Shown here: positions 47,032 through 57,471 of the stretch, piece after piece
Layout: the number at the start of each line of letters is the position of its first letter
Numbering within the stretch: the stretch's first letter is position 1
Assembly (NCBI GenBank): GCA_963667015.2
Contig: CAXXJJ010000001.1
Coordinates: forward strand, 576,001 to 640,000
Source of the DNA: Desulfatiglandales bacterium
GTDB lineage: Bacteria; Desulfobacterota; DSM-4660; Desulfatiglandales; HGW-15
Direction of reading: 5' to 3'
DNA length: 64,000 nucleotides
The notes under the pieces: model-generated
The model's input: only the letters and a program-made list of their open reading frames with translations
Told to the model about the DNA's origin: nothing
The model's database searches: none
Position numbers and translations under genes: made by a program

Positions 47032-47646
47032 ATGACAGAAGACAGCAGAGAAGGACATATAATAGAAGGAATTACCGGCATAATTTTAGCCGGTGGAAAA
47101 AGCAGCCGTTTTGGAAGCAACAAAGCTCTTGCAAAGTTCAACGGAACTCCCCTTATCGAGCGGGCGGCCGGTGTTCTGGGCCGGATATTTAAGAATCTGA
47201 TGATAATAACAAACAGCCCCCTTGAATATTCATATCTTAAAATTCCGCTTTATCAGGATATTGTAAAAGGGCTGGGCCCGGTGGGAGGGATTTATACAGG
47301 TCTCGATGCCCTGGATGACGGATGGGCCTTTTTTTGTGCATGCGATATGCCCTTTATCAACGAGGGCCTGGTAAGATATATTGCCGGAGTAAGAGACGGG
47401 TATGATGCTGTTGTTCCAAAGGTGGACTGGAAGATAGAACCTCTTCATGCCCTGTACAGCAAGCGCTGCCTGCCTGCCATAAAGGAGCTCATTTACAAAA
47501 AAGAATACCAGACCATAAAGGCATTTAATAATCTAAATGTAAGGTTTGTTGAAGAGGAAGAAATAATAACCTGTGATCCTGAACTGAAGACATTTTTAAA
47601 TGTGAATAAACAGGATGAACTGGAAAAAATAACAAAAATGGAATAG
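47032..47646 (+). CDS. mobA: Molybdenum cofactor guanylyltransferase
   Basis: ILAGGKSSRFG.NKA, GP.GGI, ACDMPF, EPLHALY, F.NVN. Confidence 0.92.
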   Translation: MTEDSREGHIIEGITGIILAGGKSSRFGSNKALAKFNGTPLIERAAGVLGRIFKNLMIITNSPLEYSYLKIPLYQDIVKGLGPVGGIYTGLDALDDGWAFFCACDMPFINEGLVRYIAGVRDGYDAVVPKVDWKIEPLHALYSKRCLPAIKELIYKKEYQTIKAFNNLNVRFVEEEEIITCDPELKTFLNVNKQDELEKITKME

Positions 47647-47733
47647 GGTCAGTTATCGAATCTTCTATAATCCTTAAAATATCATACCGATGGATTCCCA
47701 TACTAAAAATATTTCACATGAGGTAGACATAAA

Positions 47734-48780
47734 ATGACCGCATTAATCCTGGCTGTTGGGGTTGTTGTAATCATATCCGCAGGGTGTTCCATGTTTGAGG
47801 CAGTACTGTATTCAGTGCCTCTCAGGCACCTTGAAACAATGGCACGCTCAGGAAAAAAGTGCGGAATTATTTTAAAAAAACTGCGGAAAAATGTTGATAA
47901 ACCCATAACCGCTATTCTGACCTTGAATACAGTCTCAAACACTGCAGGTGCAGCGATAGCGGGGGCAATGGCGGCTACAGTCTTTGGCAATGAACTGGTG
48001 GGATATTTTTCCGTATTTTTTACCCTTGCAATACTGATTTTTTCAGAGGTCATTCCCAAAACGGCCGGGGTGGTGTACTCAAGGCAGCTTGCCCCCTTTG
48101 TGGCATATCCTCTTGGCTGGCTCGTTTCAATAATGAAACCTGTTATCTGGATGATAAGTCTTCTTACCGGGATAATCTCAAGAAATAAGCCGGATGATTC
48201 GGTTTCACCCGATGAAATAAAGATAATGGCACAGGCCAGCCTGAGGACCGGGGCTATTGAGAGATACCAGGAGATGGTAATTGCGAATGTCCTGTCCCTC
48301 GGGAACAGGCATATCAAGGATGTAATGACTCCAAGAACCGTTGTGTTTTCCCTGAACCAGGATCTTACAGTGGCTGAGGCATACAGTGAAACCAAACAAT
48401 GGGAACACAGCCGGATACCAATCTATGACAAGGGAGCCGAGGATATAGTCGGGATTGTATTAACCAAGGAGCTTTTCAAAGTCCTTGCAGAGGACAGGGG
48501 AAACCTGACATTGAAAGAACTTATGCGTCCGGTCAAGTTTGTTGTCGAGGCGGCAAGGCTTAACAATGTGCTGATGGATTTTATCAATTCAAGGGAAAAA
48601 CTGTTTGCGGTTATTGACGAATATGGCGGTCTTTCAGGGGTTGTTACTCTTGAAGATATCCTTGAGGAGATCCTTGGCCGGGAAATTCTTGATGAGTTCG
48701 ATCAGGTGGATGACAAAAGAAAACTGGCAAAACTGAAGAGGCAGATGCTGTTTTCCGACTCCTTTGGGAATGACGAGTGA
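47734..48780 (+). CDS. CNNM/DUF21-CBS domain (hemolysin-family) membrane protein
   Basis: AILTLNT, SEVIPK, VMTPR, HSRIP, VIDEYGG..GVVTLEDILEEI. Confidence 0.9.
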   Translation: MTALILAVGVVVIISAGCSMFEAVLYSVPLRHLETMARSGKKCGIILKKLRKNVDKPITAILTLNTVSNTAGAAIAGAMAATVFGNELVGYFSVFFTLAILIFSEVIPKTAGVVYSRQLAPFVAYPLGWLVSIMKPVIWMISLLTGIISRNKPDDSVSPDEIKIMAQASLRTGAIERYQEMVIANVLSLGNRHIKDVMTPRTVVFSLNQDLTVAEAYSETKQWEHSRIPIYDKGAEDIVGIVLTKELFKVLAEDRGNLTLKELMRPVKFVVEAARLNNVLMDFINSREKLFAVIDEYGGLSGVVTLEDILEEILGREILDEFDQVDDKRKLAKLKRQMLFSDSFGNDE

Positions 48781-49616
48781 TGCTCTCATCGCTCTGTTTT
48801 CCTGACAGTTCAAAAAGCTGCTTTGCATGCTGCCCCCCCATACGCCCGGCAGGGTATGATCACTCTGACCACAGGAATATAATAAAAAGGGTTTTACGTG
48901 AAAATACTTCAGCCTACAATCCTGAAGACAGAAACATCAGACCTGTTACCGGTTTCAGCTGCTGGGCCATGGGTTATCTGGACCCTGACTTCAGGCAGCC
49001 GGGCTGTCTCCTCCATCCATCCCAAAATAATGGAAAGGATCTCAGGTACAGGATAGACTATGGCACCAAATGCCTGAGGGAGGCCTGCTATGAAGCAAGG
49101 GAGTTTGAGAGGTTGAATGAAGACCAGAAAAAATTCTGGCTCGTTCTTACTGATGGTATGGACAGTTTTGAATACTCAAGCAGAAAGACCAATATTCTAT
49201 TTAATATTTTAGGCTGGGGTAATAAAGTCCTGGCAATATTAGCCGATAAGGAGTCAGGAAAATTTTTAGACAGAATACATTTTTTAAAGGCATACCCATT
49301 TTTTGAAATCAATATTTCACCAAAGGGTTATGCCTATCTGCTTACATATATTCTTAATGAAACAGGCCCGGAGGTTCTAAAGGAACCGGGGTTTAAAAGA
49401 ACCTTTAAAATTTTTTCAGATAATCTTATAAACCGGATAAAGGAACGGTTTGACATGTCAGGAGGCCCTGTTTATGTGCATAAAATGGAGACTGATATTT
49501 TGTTTACAGATTTTTTAAGGCTTTCTTTACAAATAAAAAAATCGGAATATTCAAGCGTAGAAAAAATAATGCAGTACACTGATGACCGGCTGAAGGTCTT
49601 TTGCGGAAATTTATAA
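48777..49616 (+). CDS. Hypothetical protein with Cys-rich N-terminal domain
   Basis: 279-aa ORF; LC...SCFACCPP, SCWA.G, GCLLHP, KC..EAC. Confidence 0.7.
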   Translation: MMLSSLCFPDSSKSCFACCPPIRPAGYDHSDHRNIIKRVLRENTSAYNPEDRNIRPVTGFSCWAMGYLDPDFRQPGCLLHPSQNNGKDLRYRIDYGTKCLREACYEAREFERLNEDQKKFWLVLTDGMDSFEYSSRKTNILFNILGWGNKVLAILADKESGKFLDRIHFLKAYPFFEINISPKGYAYLLTYILNETGPEVLKEPGFKRTFKIFSDNLINRIKERFDMSGGPVYVHKMETDILFTDFLRLSLQIKKSEYSSVEKIMQYTDDRLKVFCGNL

Positions 49617-49617
49617 C

Positions 49618-50526
49618 ATGACGGATACAGAAAACAAAATTATAGAGATTATTAAGGAAAAAGGTCCGCTTACAGGAGCAGAGCTGTCTCCGCATTTTGA
49701 TATGGATCCACTTCTCCTGCTAAGGGAATGCCGGCTGTCAATGGCCCTGACCGTGCAGATCATCGGGACAAGGTATCTTCGCCTGGACAGAAGGATAGAG
49801 GGTTTTGCAAGATTATCACCTTCCATATTACGGGAATTCCTTACTTATTCTATTGTGGGGCTTTCGGATGATCCTGTCCCCGTCCAGGAAAAGGCTCAAG
49901 AACTCAATAAAAAAATAGAGGGTATAAGCAGAAGCAAATGCGACCTGGCCTTTAATATCGTTTCCGGTTTAATGACCCGCCTGGAATATGGTTCAAAGGA
50001 CAAGGCCTGTTTTATTATTGCCGGCGATATAGTTTTTAACATGGCCCATGATGTTCCGCGTCCTGAAAGAAGTACCAAAAAACTTGTTAAGGGCTCTGAT
50101 ATGGACATTGTAGTGATAGTCAGGGATGAAGATGCAGAGCATCTTGTCGACAGGCTGGATGAAGAGATATACAAAGAAAAGTACAGTCTTCTGATCAGCC
50201 CCTATGAGAAGGAAGAGATAGACTATATTGTTAAGAGCGTCTCAAAGGTTAAGGAGCAGCTAAAATTTGATACCTTTAAACACATGGTTGCATGCAAAAT
50301 ACTGTGTGAAGGAACATTCCTTTTCGGCAATGAAGAGCTGTTTAACAATATCAAGCAGATGCTGAAGGATGAAGGTATAGGTGATAAGATCAATGCAATG
50401 GAGGAAAATGCCCTCCGGTTCAGGAAGAGAGCCGAAGAGCGTCTTCTTGGAGGCGATCCTGAAAAGGCATTGCAGGATAATGAATTCCTTTTTTATCCGA
50501 CAGAAGAGTCTGAGGAGTTTGAGTAG
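49618..50526 (+). CDS. Hypothetical protein with putative nucleotidyltransferase-fold domain
   Basis: 302-aa ORF; IAGD...GSDMDIVV...EIDY. Confidence 0.7.
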   Translation: MTDTENKIIEIIKEKGPLTGAELSPHFDMDPLLLLRECRLSMALTVQIIGTRYLRLDRRIEGFARLSPSILREFLTYSIVGLSDDPVPVQEKAQELNKKIEGISRSKCDLAFNIVSGLMTRLEYGSKDKACFIIAGDIVFNMAHDVPRPERSTKKLVKGSDMDIVVIVRDEDAEHLVDRLDEEIYKEKYSLLISPYEKEEIDYIVKSVSKVKEQLKFDTFKHMVACKILCEGTFLFGNEELFNNIKQMLKDEGIGDKINAMEENALRFRKRAEERLLGGDPEKALQDNEFLFYPTEESEEFE

Positions 50527-50542
50527 CGATAATCGGGTGTCC

Positions 50543-50968
50543 CTAGGCTTTTTTCTGCATTGCCCTTGCTTCTGCGAGGAGTTCGATCAGGAGCGCCTTT
50601 AATATCCATGCCTCACTGGTTGGAGTCAGGGAGGCCCAGATCTGGCTGACAAATCCCTCTTTCCTGTATGCCCCCATCAGGATGTGCAGTTCATTCTGGC
50701 TTAATCCTGACATTATAACTGCCCTTGGCAGTTCTGAAGGGCCTGTTATGCCGGCCATGTGTTCATGAGTGAACAGTTCACCAAGTGTTTTTCCTACGTC
50801 CTCGTTAACAGCGAATATGACAGATACATCACTAATCTCTGCTTTGACGATGAAATCGAGAAAAGTGCTGCGTTCCTCTTCCGTATAACCGCAGACAAGA
50901 AGTCCCCTCGGACCATACATCCTTTTATCGGATTTATCTATTTTGTTGAAATCTCCCTTTTGTTCCAT
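50543..50968 (-). CDS. DUF3783-like protein
   Basis: MYGPRGLLVCG, RAVIMSG, WASLTPTS..W.L..L..EL..E. Confidence 0.75.
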   Translation of the reverse strand: MEQKGDFNKIDKSDKRMYGPRGLLVCGYTEEERSTFLDFIVKAEISDVSVIFAVNEDVGKTLGELFTHEHMAGITGPSELPRAVIMSGLSQNELHILMGAYRKEGFVSQIWASLTPTSEAWILKALLIELLAEARAMQKKA

Positions 50969-51152
50969 CCTCTTCTCCCTGTTATTTCGCGTTAATATAT
51001 TGTTTCCTGCATGTTGCGGTAAAAGAGATTTATACCTAAAATACACCAATATTAAAAGAACTTTAATATGTTGAAATTATTATCATATATCATTATAAAA
51101 GAATGCTTGAGCAAATTCGAAATAAAAAACGAAGGAAAAAAGTTAATATTTT

Positions 51153-51785
51153 ATGATCAAGTATCTACTGCTCGACTGGGACGGATGCCTTGTCGATACG
51201 TTGCCAATATGGTATCAGGGCATGAAGAGAGGACTTTTATATTACGGGATAGAAGCCTCTGACAGAGAAATAAAGATGGGCTTTCAGTCATGGAACTCTT
51301 TTATTGAAATGGGAGTACCGGATCTCGACCTCTTTACCGGAATTGTTTATGAATATGTCACTGGCTGCCTGAACGATGTCAGATTCAATGACGGGGTGAT
51401 TGAATTGCTTGAACGGGCAAAGAGCAGAAATATCAGGACAGCCATAGTCACATCCACTGAGAGATCAAACGTTCTACCTGTCCTGTCCCGTCTGGATGCG
51501 GCGGAATATTTTGATTGTATTGTTGCAAGGCTGGATGTAAAAAATCTTAAACCTCATCCGGACCCTGTTAACATGGCGATTGACATGCTCGGAGGCAAAA
51601 GGGAAAATTCCCTTATGGTCGGCGATTCACTTGGAGATATCCAGTCAGGGAAAAATGCAGGAGTCAAAACCGCCTGGTATCTGCCCGAATATAATCGTGA
51701 ATACCATCTTAACAGGGAGGAGATATCTGATGCCTCTCCGGATATGATCATCTCCGGCATGATCGATCTGATAAACCTGATATAG
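51153..51785 (+). CDS. HAD-superfamily hydrolase (phosphatase)
   Basis: DWDGCLVD, AIVTS, KPHPDP, MVGDS..DI..GKNAG. Confidence 0.9.
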   Translation: MIKYLLLDWDGCLVDTLPIWYQGMKRGLLYYGIEASDREIKMGFQSWNSFIEMGVPDLDLFTGIVYEYVTGCLNDVRFNDGVIELLERAKSRNIRTAIVTSTERSNVLPVLSRLDAAEYFDCIVARLDVKNLKPHPDPVNMAIDMLGGKRENSLMVGDSLGDIQSGKNAGVKTAWYLPEYNREYHLNREEISDASPDMIISGMIDLINLI

Positions 51786-51802
51786 CGAAGGAAGATTTAT
51801 TG

Positions 51803-54800
51803 ATGTCAGACATAACAAATTTTCCGGGTCTCTGGCAGGAAGACCCTTTCGGAATCATTAAACCTGACGAATATGAATTGTTCGGAATCGATCCTTCCGA
51901 TATCCCCCCCGGTACAGTGGCCGCCCACAGGCATCCTCCTCTTTTATCGAGTCGTTATGGAGGTAATGCCTATGGATTTGGTTTTTTTGAGATATACGGC
52001 CGTTTAAGCAAGGCGGATCAGAGTTTTATCAATTCCATAGATTTCAAACACGTTGATGAAATAAAGGCTAACTACCGGGGAATAAATAATATCTACAAAA
52101 AAATCAGCCTTTTGATCAGGTTTTCAAGCCTTGGAAAACCCTATTACCTTATCCCCAGCCATATGCTGGCCACATCCCTGATCAATATCAAAAGCAAGGC
52201 TGATGAAATAACCAAGATAATTAAAGGGCATCGTAAAAAATATCTTCTGGAGAGTCACAGGATAGGTATCTTTACACACATGAATGATCCCATTGTTGAT
52301 GATCTTGCCCTCAGATTCAAGGAGCATGAGTTCATTACCATTGACTCCCAGGAAAAACTGAGGGATCTCAGGAAGACCCTTGATATTGTAATAATTACCA
52401 GAGATCTTTACAAGGCCGTCAAGCTGGAGATGACATCCCGTTCAATAAATTTACAGAGCAAAGCCAGGCAGGAAAATTACATCCTCTATACCCTTGATAA
52501 GATTTACCGAATGCTTAAACCGGGCGGGGAGTTATTTGTCGTTGCCAACCGATATACACAAAAGACAAACCAGGATACACCTCTGACATTTAAATCAATG
52601 GATGAACAGAAGAATTTTTTGGTCTTCTCGCATATATATAAAACAGAAAAAAAATATGACAGCAGCGAATCTACCATTAAAGTAAATATTTTTGATTTTG
52701 AAAAGTACCTTGAACAGGCATATTTAGGACAGGAGCACCGGGAAAAACTGTTAAAGGGTAAAAAGACCGCAGATCTCTCTCTTGAAGAAATAAATAATCT
52801 CCCTTATATGAATATCCCGCTTGCCAATGACTATTCAGCAGGCCAGGAAAAATCCTGGATGAGGCTTATATCGGTCTACTTTAATGAAATATTCTTTAAA
52901 TCCGTTTTGCCGGATATAGTGAAGGCAGAATGGGACCGGAAATTTGAACTAAAAGAGTACACCCCGGATTATCTGCTTATCTGTCTGGCCCAGAAAAGAG
53001 AGATGGGCAAAAAAATAATTGAGTTAAAAAATGATGTCTCGGTGTCCGAGCTTGCAGGATGCCCCTTGCCTCTTATAGCCGAATACAGAGACTCCTTTGC
53101 CTACCTCATAAGAACCCTCAAGGTCCTGAAGGAGATTAAACATAAAACATATCCGGCCCTTGCCGAGAGTTTTCTGGAACGGATAAGAGAGCCCTTTGAA
53201 AGTAAAAAGATGCGATACGGGGGCGTTAATCAGGTTATAAAACTGATCGGTAAGATCAGCAGGCTTGAAAAGATCAGGACACAGCTTAATCCTGACGAGA
53301 TAGAGGGGCCAAGAACCAAGGTATTAAAAAACCTGGAAGCCCTTAGTTTTTATGGTTTCAGTTACGAAGAGCTGAAGGAAATCTGCCTGATAATAGTCGG
53401 TCATACAACCGGCGGGAGAATTCTCGCCGGCAAGATGAGTGAAAAGACACTTAAGCCCATGACCGACCTTGCCCGGACATACAGCCAGGAAGAGGCGATT
53501 AACCTTTTGCGGTACTGCCGCCTGATGACTATGGCCGAGATTGTAGCATCCAGAAGGGCGGATATGGACCCGGTACAGGTAACAGAGCTTTTTGATCTTT
53601 TTGAATCTGCCCTCAGGATTACCACAAACAGGGAAATCGACTGGGAGCGGCTTCTTGACGAAAAGATATCAGCAATGGGGGGTATTCATAACCGGCTGAT
53701 AAAAAAATTCCTTATGATGATGAAGCACTTCCAGTTTATTGATAGCTGGCAGGAACTCAGCCTTAAAGGAGAAATGGAAAAGGAGTCCCTGGCCGATTAT
53801 GATGATGATAAACTCGCAAGGATTGAAAATATAATTGCCCTTGTTAAAAATGTTGAACATTTTGAAGAAAAATTCCTGAGTGACAACCCCCTGCAACGTC
53901 CAGTTATCTTCAGGAAATTCCTGAATATGGAGTTCCATGGCACCGGGCACCTTTTTGAAAGGCTCGGAAGTCAGCCGGCCTTTATTCTTTTGTGGTTTAC
54001 GGTTAATGTTACAAGGGGGAGTATCATTAATTTTAATCCCATACTCGGTGACCTGATCTATGCTGATATTGCCGCCAGGGTTAAAAGGGTTGAAGAAGAG
54101 GCGAGTATTATAAATACAGAGTATCTTTCTCCGGATGTATTAAATCAGTTCACAGAACAGCTTTATGAAAATAAGATGCTGTTTGTTTTAAACACGGGTT
54201 TTAAATTTTATCTCAGCCAGAACGACCAGAGCCTGGATATAGCCTATATCGATATTGACAGTACGATCGAAAGCCTTGATATTCTGAATAAAAAATATAA
54301 AAATATCAGTGTTTCCGATATCCCTCTTGAAAAGCTTGAGGAAATGGAAAAACAGCTTTCCGAACTTGAAGATTTTTATCAAAGTCATCAAAGGCTCGTG
54401 TATAAGGATATTATAGAATTAAAAATACCCAGGCGCCAGGCAGGATGGATAAAAAGGATTGACGGGCTCAGGCAGTTTATCCGGGCAAATTTCAAAAAAG
54501 TTTTTTTTAAGCCGGACAGCCTGTTTAATGATCTGGACAGGCTCTTTAATTATTCACCTACTATTCTTGATCTGGTTCTCCCCGAACTGAGCGATCTGCG
54601 TGACCTGGGCAGGGAAGGCAACCTCTACAGAAAATCAGCGGTAATTGATCATCTTTTGATCTGCACAAAAAAATTTCAGGCGCTTATAAACGGTAATCTC
54701 AAGGGATTCCAGGATCTTGACGCCCTTCACAAACTTGCCAGGAGGGAGTTCGGCCCCAGTGCCGCCGGTATAGTCGGACTGAATGAATCACAGGTTGAAG

Positions 54801-56503
54801 AGCTTGCCCGAATATCCGCCGATCTTAGAAAAAGGAGCAATATCTTTGATGCACTTATAAAAACCTTTATTCTTCAGGACATAGGCATGAGCCCTGCCCT
54901 GAGAGAGAAATATAAAGACGTCATCAATATTGCAGATCAGGCGCAGGCCGGTGCCCTCTTTTTGAATAGGGAAAATATCCCTGAAAAATATGCTATGAAC
55001 AGTGAGGCCGAGAGAATTCTTCTGTTTCTCATTACTCACCATGACCGCCTGCATCATATAATAAGGGGCGAATATACCCTTCTTACGCTTCAGGAAATAA
55101 TTGACACCGGGGATCCTGACCTTTTTAATGCCTTTTTTCTCTGCTCGGTGATAATGATCTCTGCACTTGGCGAGGACCAGATTCTTGAGGATCTTGCCAG
55201 CAGGCTGTTTATTCTGAAGGAGTTATGCCTCCGTATAATAAATGGTGAGGGCACTTTTGATGAATACTTTAAGGGCCTTTACAGGGAAAAAGGAAGACTG
55301 TTCTTCGCTGTTGAAGAATTCCACAAAAAAGGACTCCCTGAAAATGAAACCCCTGCAACTTATATCTCTTCCTGGGGGAAGCAGTTCAAAGATTCCGAGA
55401 GATTCTGCGAGGCTGGAAAGCTTATTTTTTCCCTGGAACGTTTTTTCAAGCTGAGAGGCCTGAGATATGTTGATTTTCAGGACCTGTCACGAATGATCAC
55501 ACATGTTCCCCTGCAATATATTTATCAGGAGAGGAAATACTACAGTGTAGGATATGCCACATTTGAAAAGGACCTTTATGAGGCATTGAGAACCTATAAC
55601 TATATCAGGAAACTGCCCGAGGCGGTGAGACACTTTATCCTGAATTACCTGGGAGATGACAATGTCAGGCTTTACGGCTTTGAGAATGTAAGCATCTATC
55701 TTAGTTATGATAACCTTATGAAGCTGCTTCTTTTATCTTTCCTTGGTGCAAAGCGTTTTAAGAGTAATGACAAGCGGCCTGTCTGTCTGAGCTACCTGAG
55801 CATTATCAGGGATATAGGAAAGAGATATGAGACAGTAAATGATGCCCTGAGCCGAATATCCCTTGAAGATATCTGGTATGACAGGAAAAAGCTGGACCAT
55901 TTATTCAAGGCAAAAACTGGGATCATCCTGGAAAAGGATGAAGAGAAAAAGGTCCTGTCAGTCCACTTTGTAGATGAGATCAATATGCCCAGAAGGATTT
56001 CCCGTATGGAAAACATAGATGATGTGGACCAGTTGAAGAGTTACTTTCACTACAGCCTGCAGTTCCTGAGGAAAAACAGCTATTATACCGATGATTATGA
56101 GGATCTCCTTGAAAGCGCCTATGAAAAGCGCTTCAGTGAAATCATTGATATGATGCTTGAACAGATAAAAAAACGTATGATGCATGTACATGACTTCAGG
56201 GAGGTTCATGCCATTTATACTGACCTGGTGAACAGATCTCTTGAAATAGGATTCAGAGAGGACCACCTGCACCGGTTAAATGACCTTTATGAATTGCGTA
56301 ATGACAGTCTGAGAAGGAGCAAGCTTGAAGAGATAAACAGTCTGATAGAAAAGATCACTGATCCCCTTGAGCTGAGAGAATACTGGAACAGTACCAAATG
56401 GTACCTCTATAACAACCGTCAGTTTCTCGGGAAGGAATTTGAAACCCTGATTGCCAAAAACTTTGATATGGCTGCCTCGAAATTTACCAGGCGCCCCAGC
56501 TGA
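51803..56503 (+). CDS. Large hypothetical protein (about 1566 aa)
   Basis: Long uninterrupted ORF; methyltransferase-like RMLKPGG segment and degenerate HD-like segments. Confidence 0.8.
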   Translation: MSDITNFPGLWQEDPFGIIKPDEYELFGIDPSDIPPGTVAAHRHPPLLSSRYGGNAYGFGFFEIYGRLSKADQSFINSIDFKHVDEIKANYRGINNIYKKISLLIRFSSLGKPYYLIPSHMLATSLINIKSKADEITKIIKGHRKKYLLESHRIGIFTHMNDPIVDDLALRFKEHEFITIDSQEKLRDLRKTLDIVIITRDLYKAVKLEMTSRSINLQSKARQENYILYTLDKIYRMLKPGGELFVVANRYTQKTNQDTPLTFKSMDEQKNFLVFSHIYKTEKKYDSSESTIKVNIFDFEKYLEQAYLGQEHREKLLKGKKTADLSLEEINNLPYMNIPLANDYSAGQEKSWMRLISVYFNEIFFKSVLPDIVKAEWDRKFELKEYTPDYLLICLAQKREMGKKIIELKNDVSVSELAGCPLPLIAEYRDSFAYLIRTLKVLKEIKHKTYPALAESFLERIREPFESKKMRYGGVNQVIKLIGKISRLEKIRTQLNPDEIEGPRTKVLKNLEALSFYGFSYEELKEICLIIVGHTTGGRILAGKMSEKTLKPMTDLARTYSQEEAINLLRYCRLMTMAEIVASRRADMDPVQVTELFDLFESALRITTNREIDWERLLDEKISAMGGIHNRLIKKFLMMMKHFQFIDSWQELSLKGEMEKESLADYDDDKLARIENIIALVKNVEHFEEKFLSDNPLQRPVIFRKFLNMEFHGTGHLFERLGSQPAFILLWFTVNVTRGSIINFNPILGDLIYADIAARVKRVEEEASIINTEYLSPDVLNQFTEQLYENKMLFVLNTGFKFYLSQNDQSLDIAYIDIDSTIESLDILNKKYKNISVSDIPLEKLEEMEKQLSELEDFYQSHQRLVYKDIIELKIPRRQAGWIKRIDGLRQFIRANFKKVFFKPDSLFNDLDRLFNYSPTILDLVLPELSDLRDLGREGNLYRKSAVIDHLLICTKKFQALINGNLKGFQDLDALHKLARREFGPSAAGIVGLNESQVEELARISADLRKRSNIFDALIKTFILQDIGMSPALREKYKDVINIADQAQAGALFLNRENIPEKYAMNSEAERILLFLITHHDRLHHIIRGEYTLLTLQEIIDTGDPDLFNAFFLCSVIMISALGEDQILEDLASRLFILKELCLRIINGEGTFDEYFKGLYREKGRLFFAVEEFHKKGLPENETPATYISSWGKQFKDSERFCEAGKLIFSLERFFKLRGLRYVDFQDLSRMITHVPLQYIYQERKYYSVGYATFEKDLYEALRTYNYIRKLPEAVRHFILNYLGDDNVRLYGFENVSIYLSYDNLMKLLLLSFLGAKRFKSNDKRPVCLSYLSIIRDIGKRYETVNDALSRISLEDIWYDRKKLDHLFKAKTGIILEKDEEKKVLSVHFVDEINMPRRISRMENIDDVDQLKSYFHYSLQFLRKNSYYTDDYEDLLESAYEKRFSEIIDMMLEQIKKRMMHVHDFREVHAIYTDLVNRSLEIGFREDHLHRLNDLYELRNDSLRRSKLEEINSLIEKITDPLELREYWNSTKWYLYNNRQFLGKEFETLIAKNFDMAASKFTRRPS

Positions 56504-56517
56504 CAGCATACACTCTT

Positions 56518-57057
56518 CTAAAATCCCGAAACAAAAATATTTTCCCGGTAATATTTAAGTTCACCGATTGACTCCCTGATATCGCTTAAGGCCAGGTGAT
56601 CCTTTTTCTTCTGGTAAACAGGAAAATCCGGATACCATCTCGTTACCAGTTCCTTAATGGTACTCACGTCAATAAGCCTGTAATGAAAATAGTCTTCAAG
56701 AAGTGGCATATGTTTAACCAGAAAACGCCTGTCCTGCCAGATGGTATTTCCGCATAGAGGCGATTCCCCCTTTTCACAGTGGGTAGATACAAATTTAAGG
56801 GTCTCCTGTTCTGCGGATGAACAGTCCCAGCCGGAAGACCTTACTCGATCCAGAAGGCCGGATGCCTCATGATGGGTGCGGCTCCATTCCTCCATATTAT
56901 CAAGAACACCTTCAGGGTAATTTATTGCCAAATGGGGGCCTTCAGCAATTACATTAAGGTCTGCATCGGTCACGATTGATGCTATTTCCAGTATTACCAT
57001 TGTCTCGGGATCAAGGCCCGTCATTTCAAGGTCTATCCAGATCAGGTTGCTGCCCAT
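56518..57057 (-). CDS. orn: Oligoribonuclease
   Basis: [20 protein letters not shown]...[28 protein letters not shown]. Confidence 0.96.
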   Translation of the reverse strand: MGSNLIWIDLEMTGLDPETMVILEIASIVTDADLNVIAEGPHLAINYPEGVLDNMEEWSRTHHEASGLLDRVRSSGWDCSSAEQETLKFVSTHCEKGESPLCGNTIWQDRRFLVKHMPLLEDYFHYRLIDVSTIKELVTRWYPDFPVYQKKKDHLALSDIRESIGELKYYRENIFVSGF

Positions 57058-57471
57058 CAGGTGGCCTCCTTTTTGCATGTAATTTTACGGGCAGACAGGT
57101 ATCCAGGGGGCTGCAGGGGGGTAGTCTTCCTCCCTGTGCCATTATTGTCGCCTCTATAAATATCTCACTGATTTGTAAAAGTACAATTCAACGATAGAAA
57201 ACTTATAGGTTAAATCCCTGACACTGTCAAAAAAAACCTGTAATATACGAAAGTGAGATTATTTACATTTGGTTAAACGGATAGCGGTTCGGTTATTTTT
57301 ATACAGGTCCGGATCCGGGAGTATGAAATATATTTCACAGGGCTTTTGAGTTCCGTTGGCCCTGCATGCTGTGCTGTCGAATATTTTTAGTTGATTTTTC
57401 CTCTCCTATCTGTTTAGTTATCGGCAATTTGATAACAGGAATTTTAATTAATAATCATTCTAAGAACTCCT

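Noticed and set aside
47703..48395. 230-aa minus-strand ORF
   Set aside because: Antisense shadow of the CNNM gene
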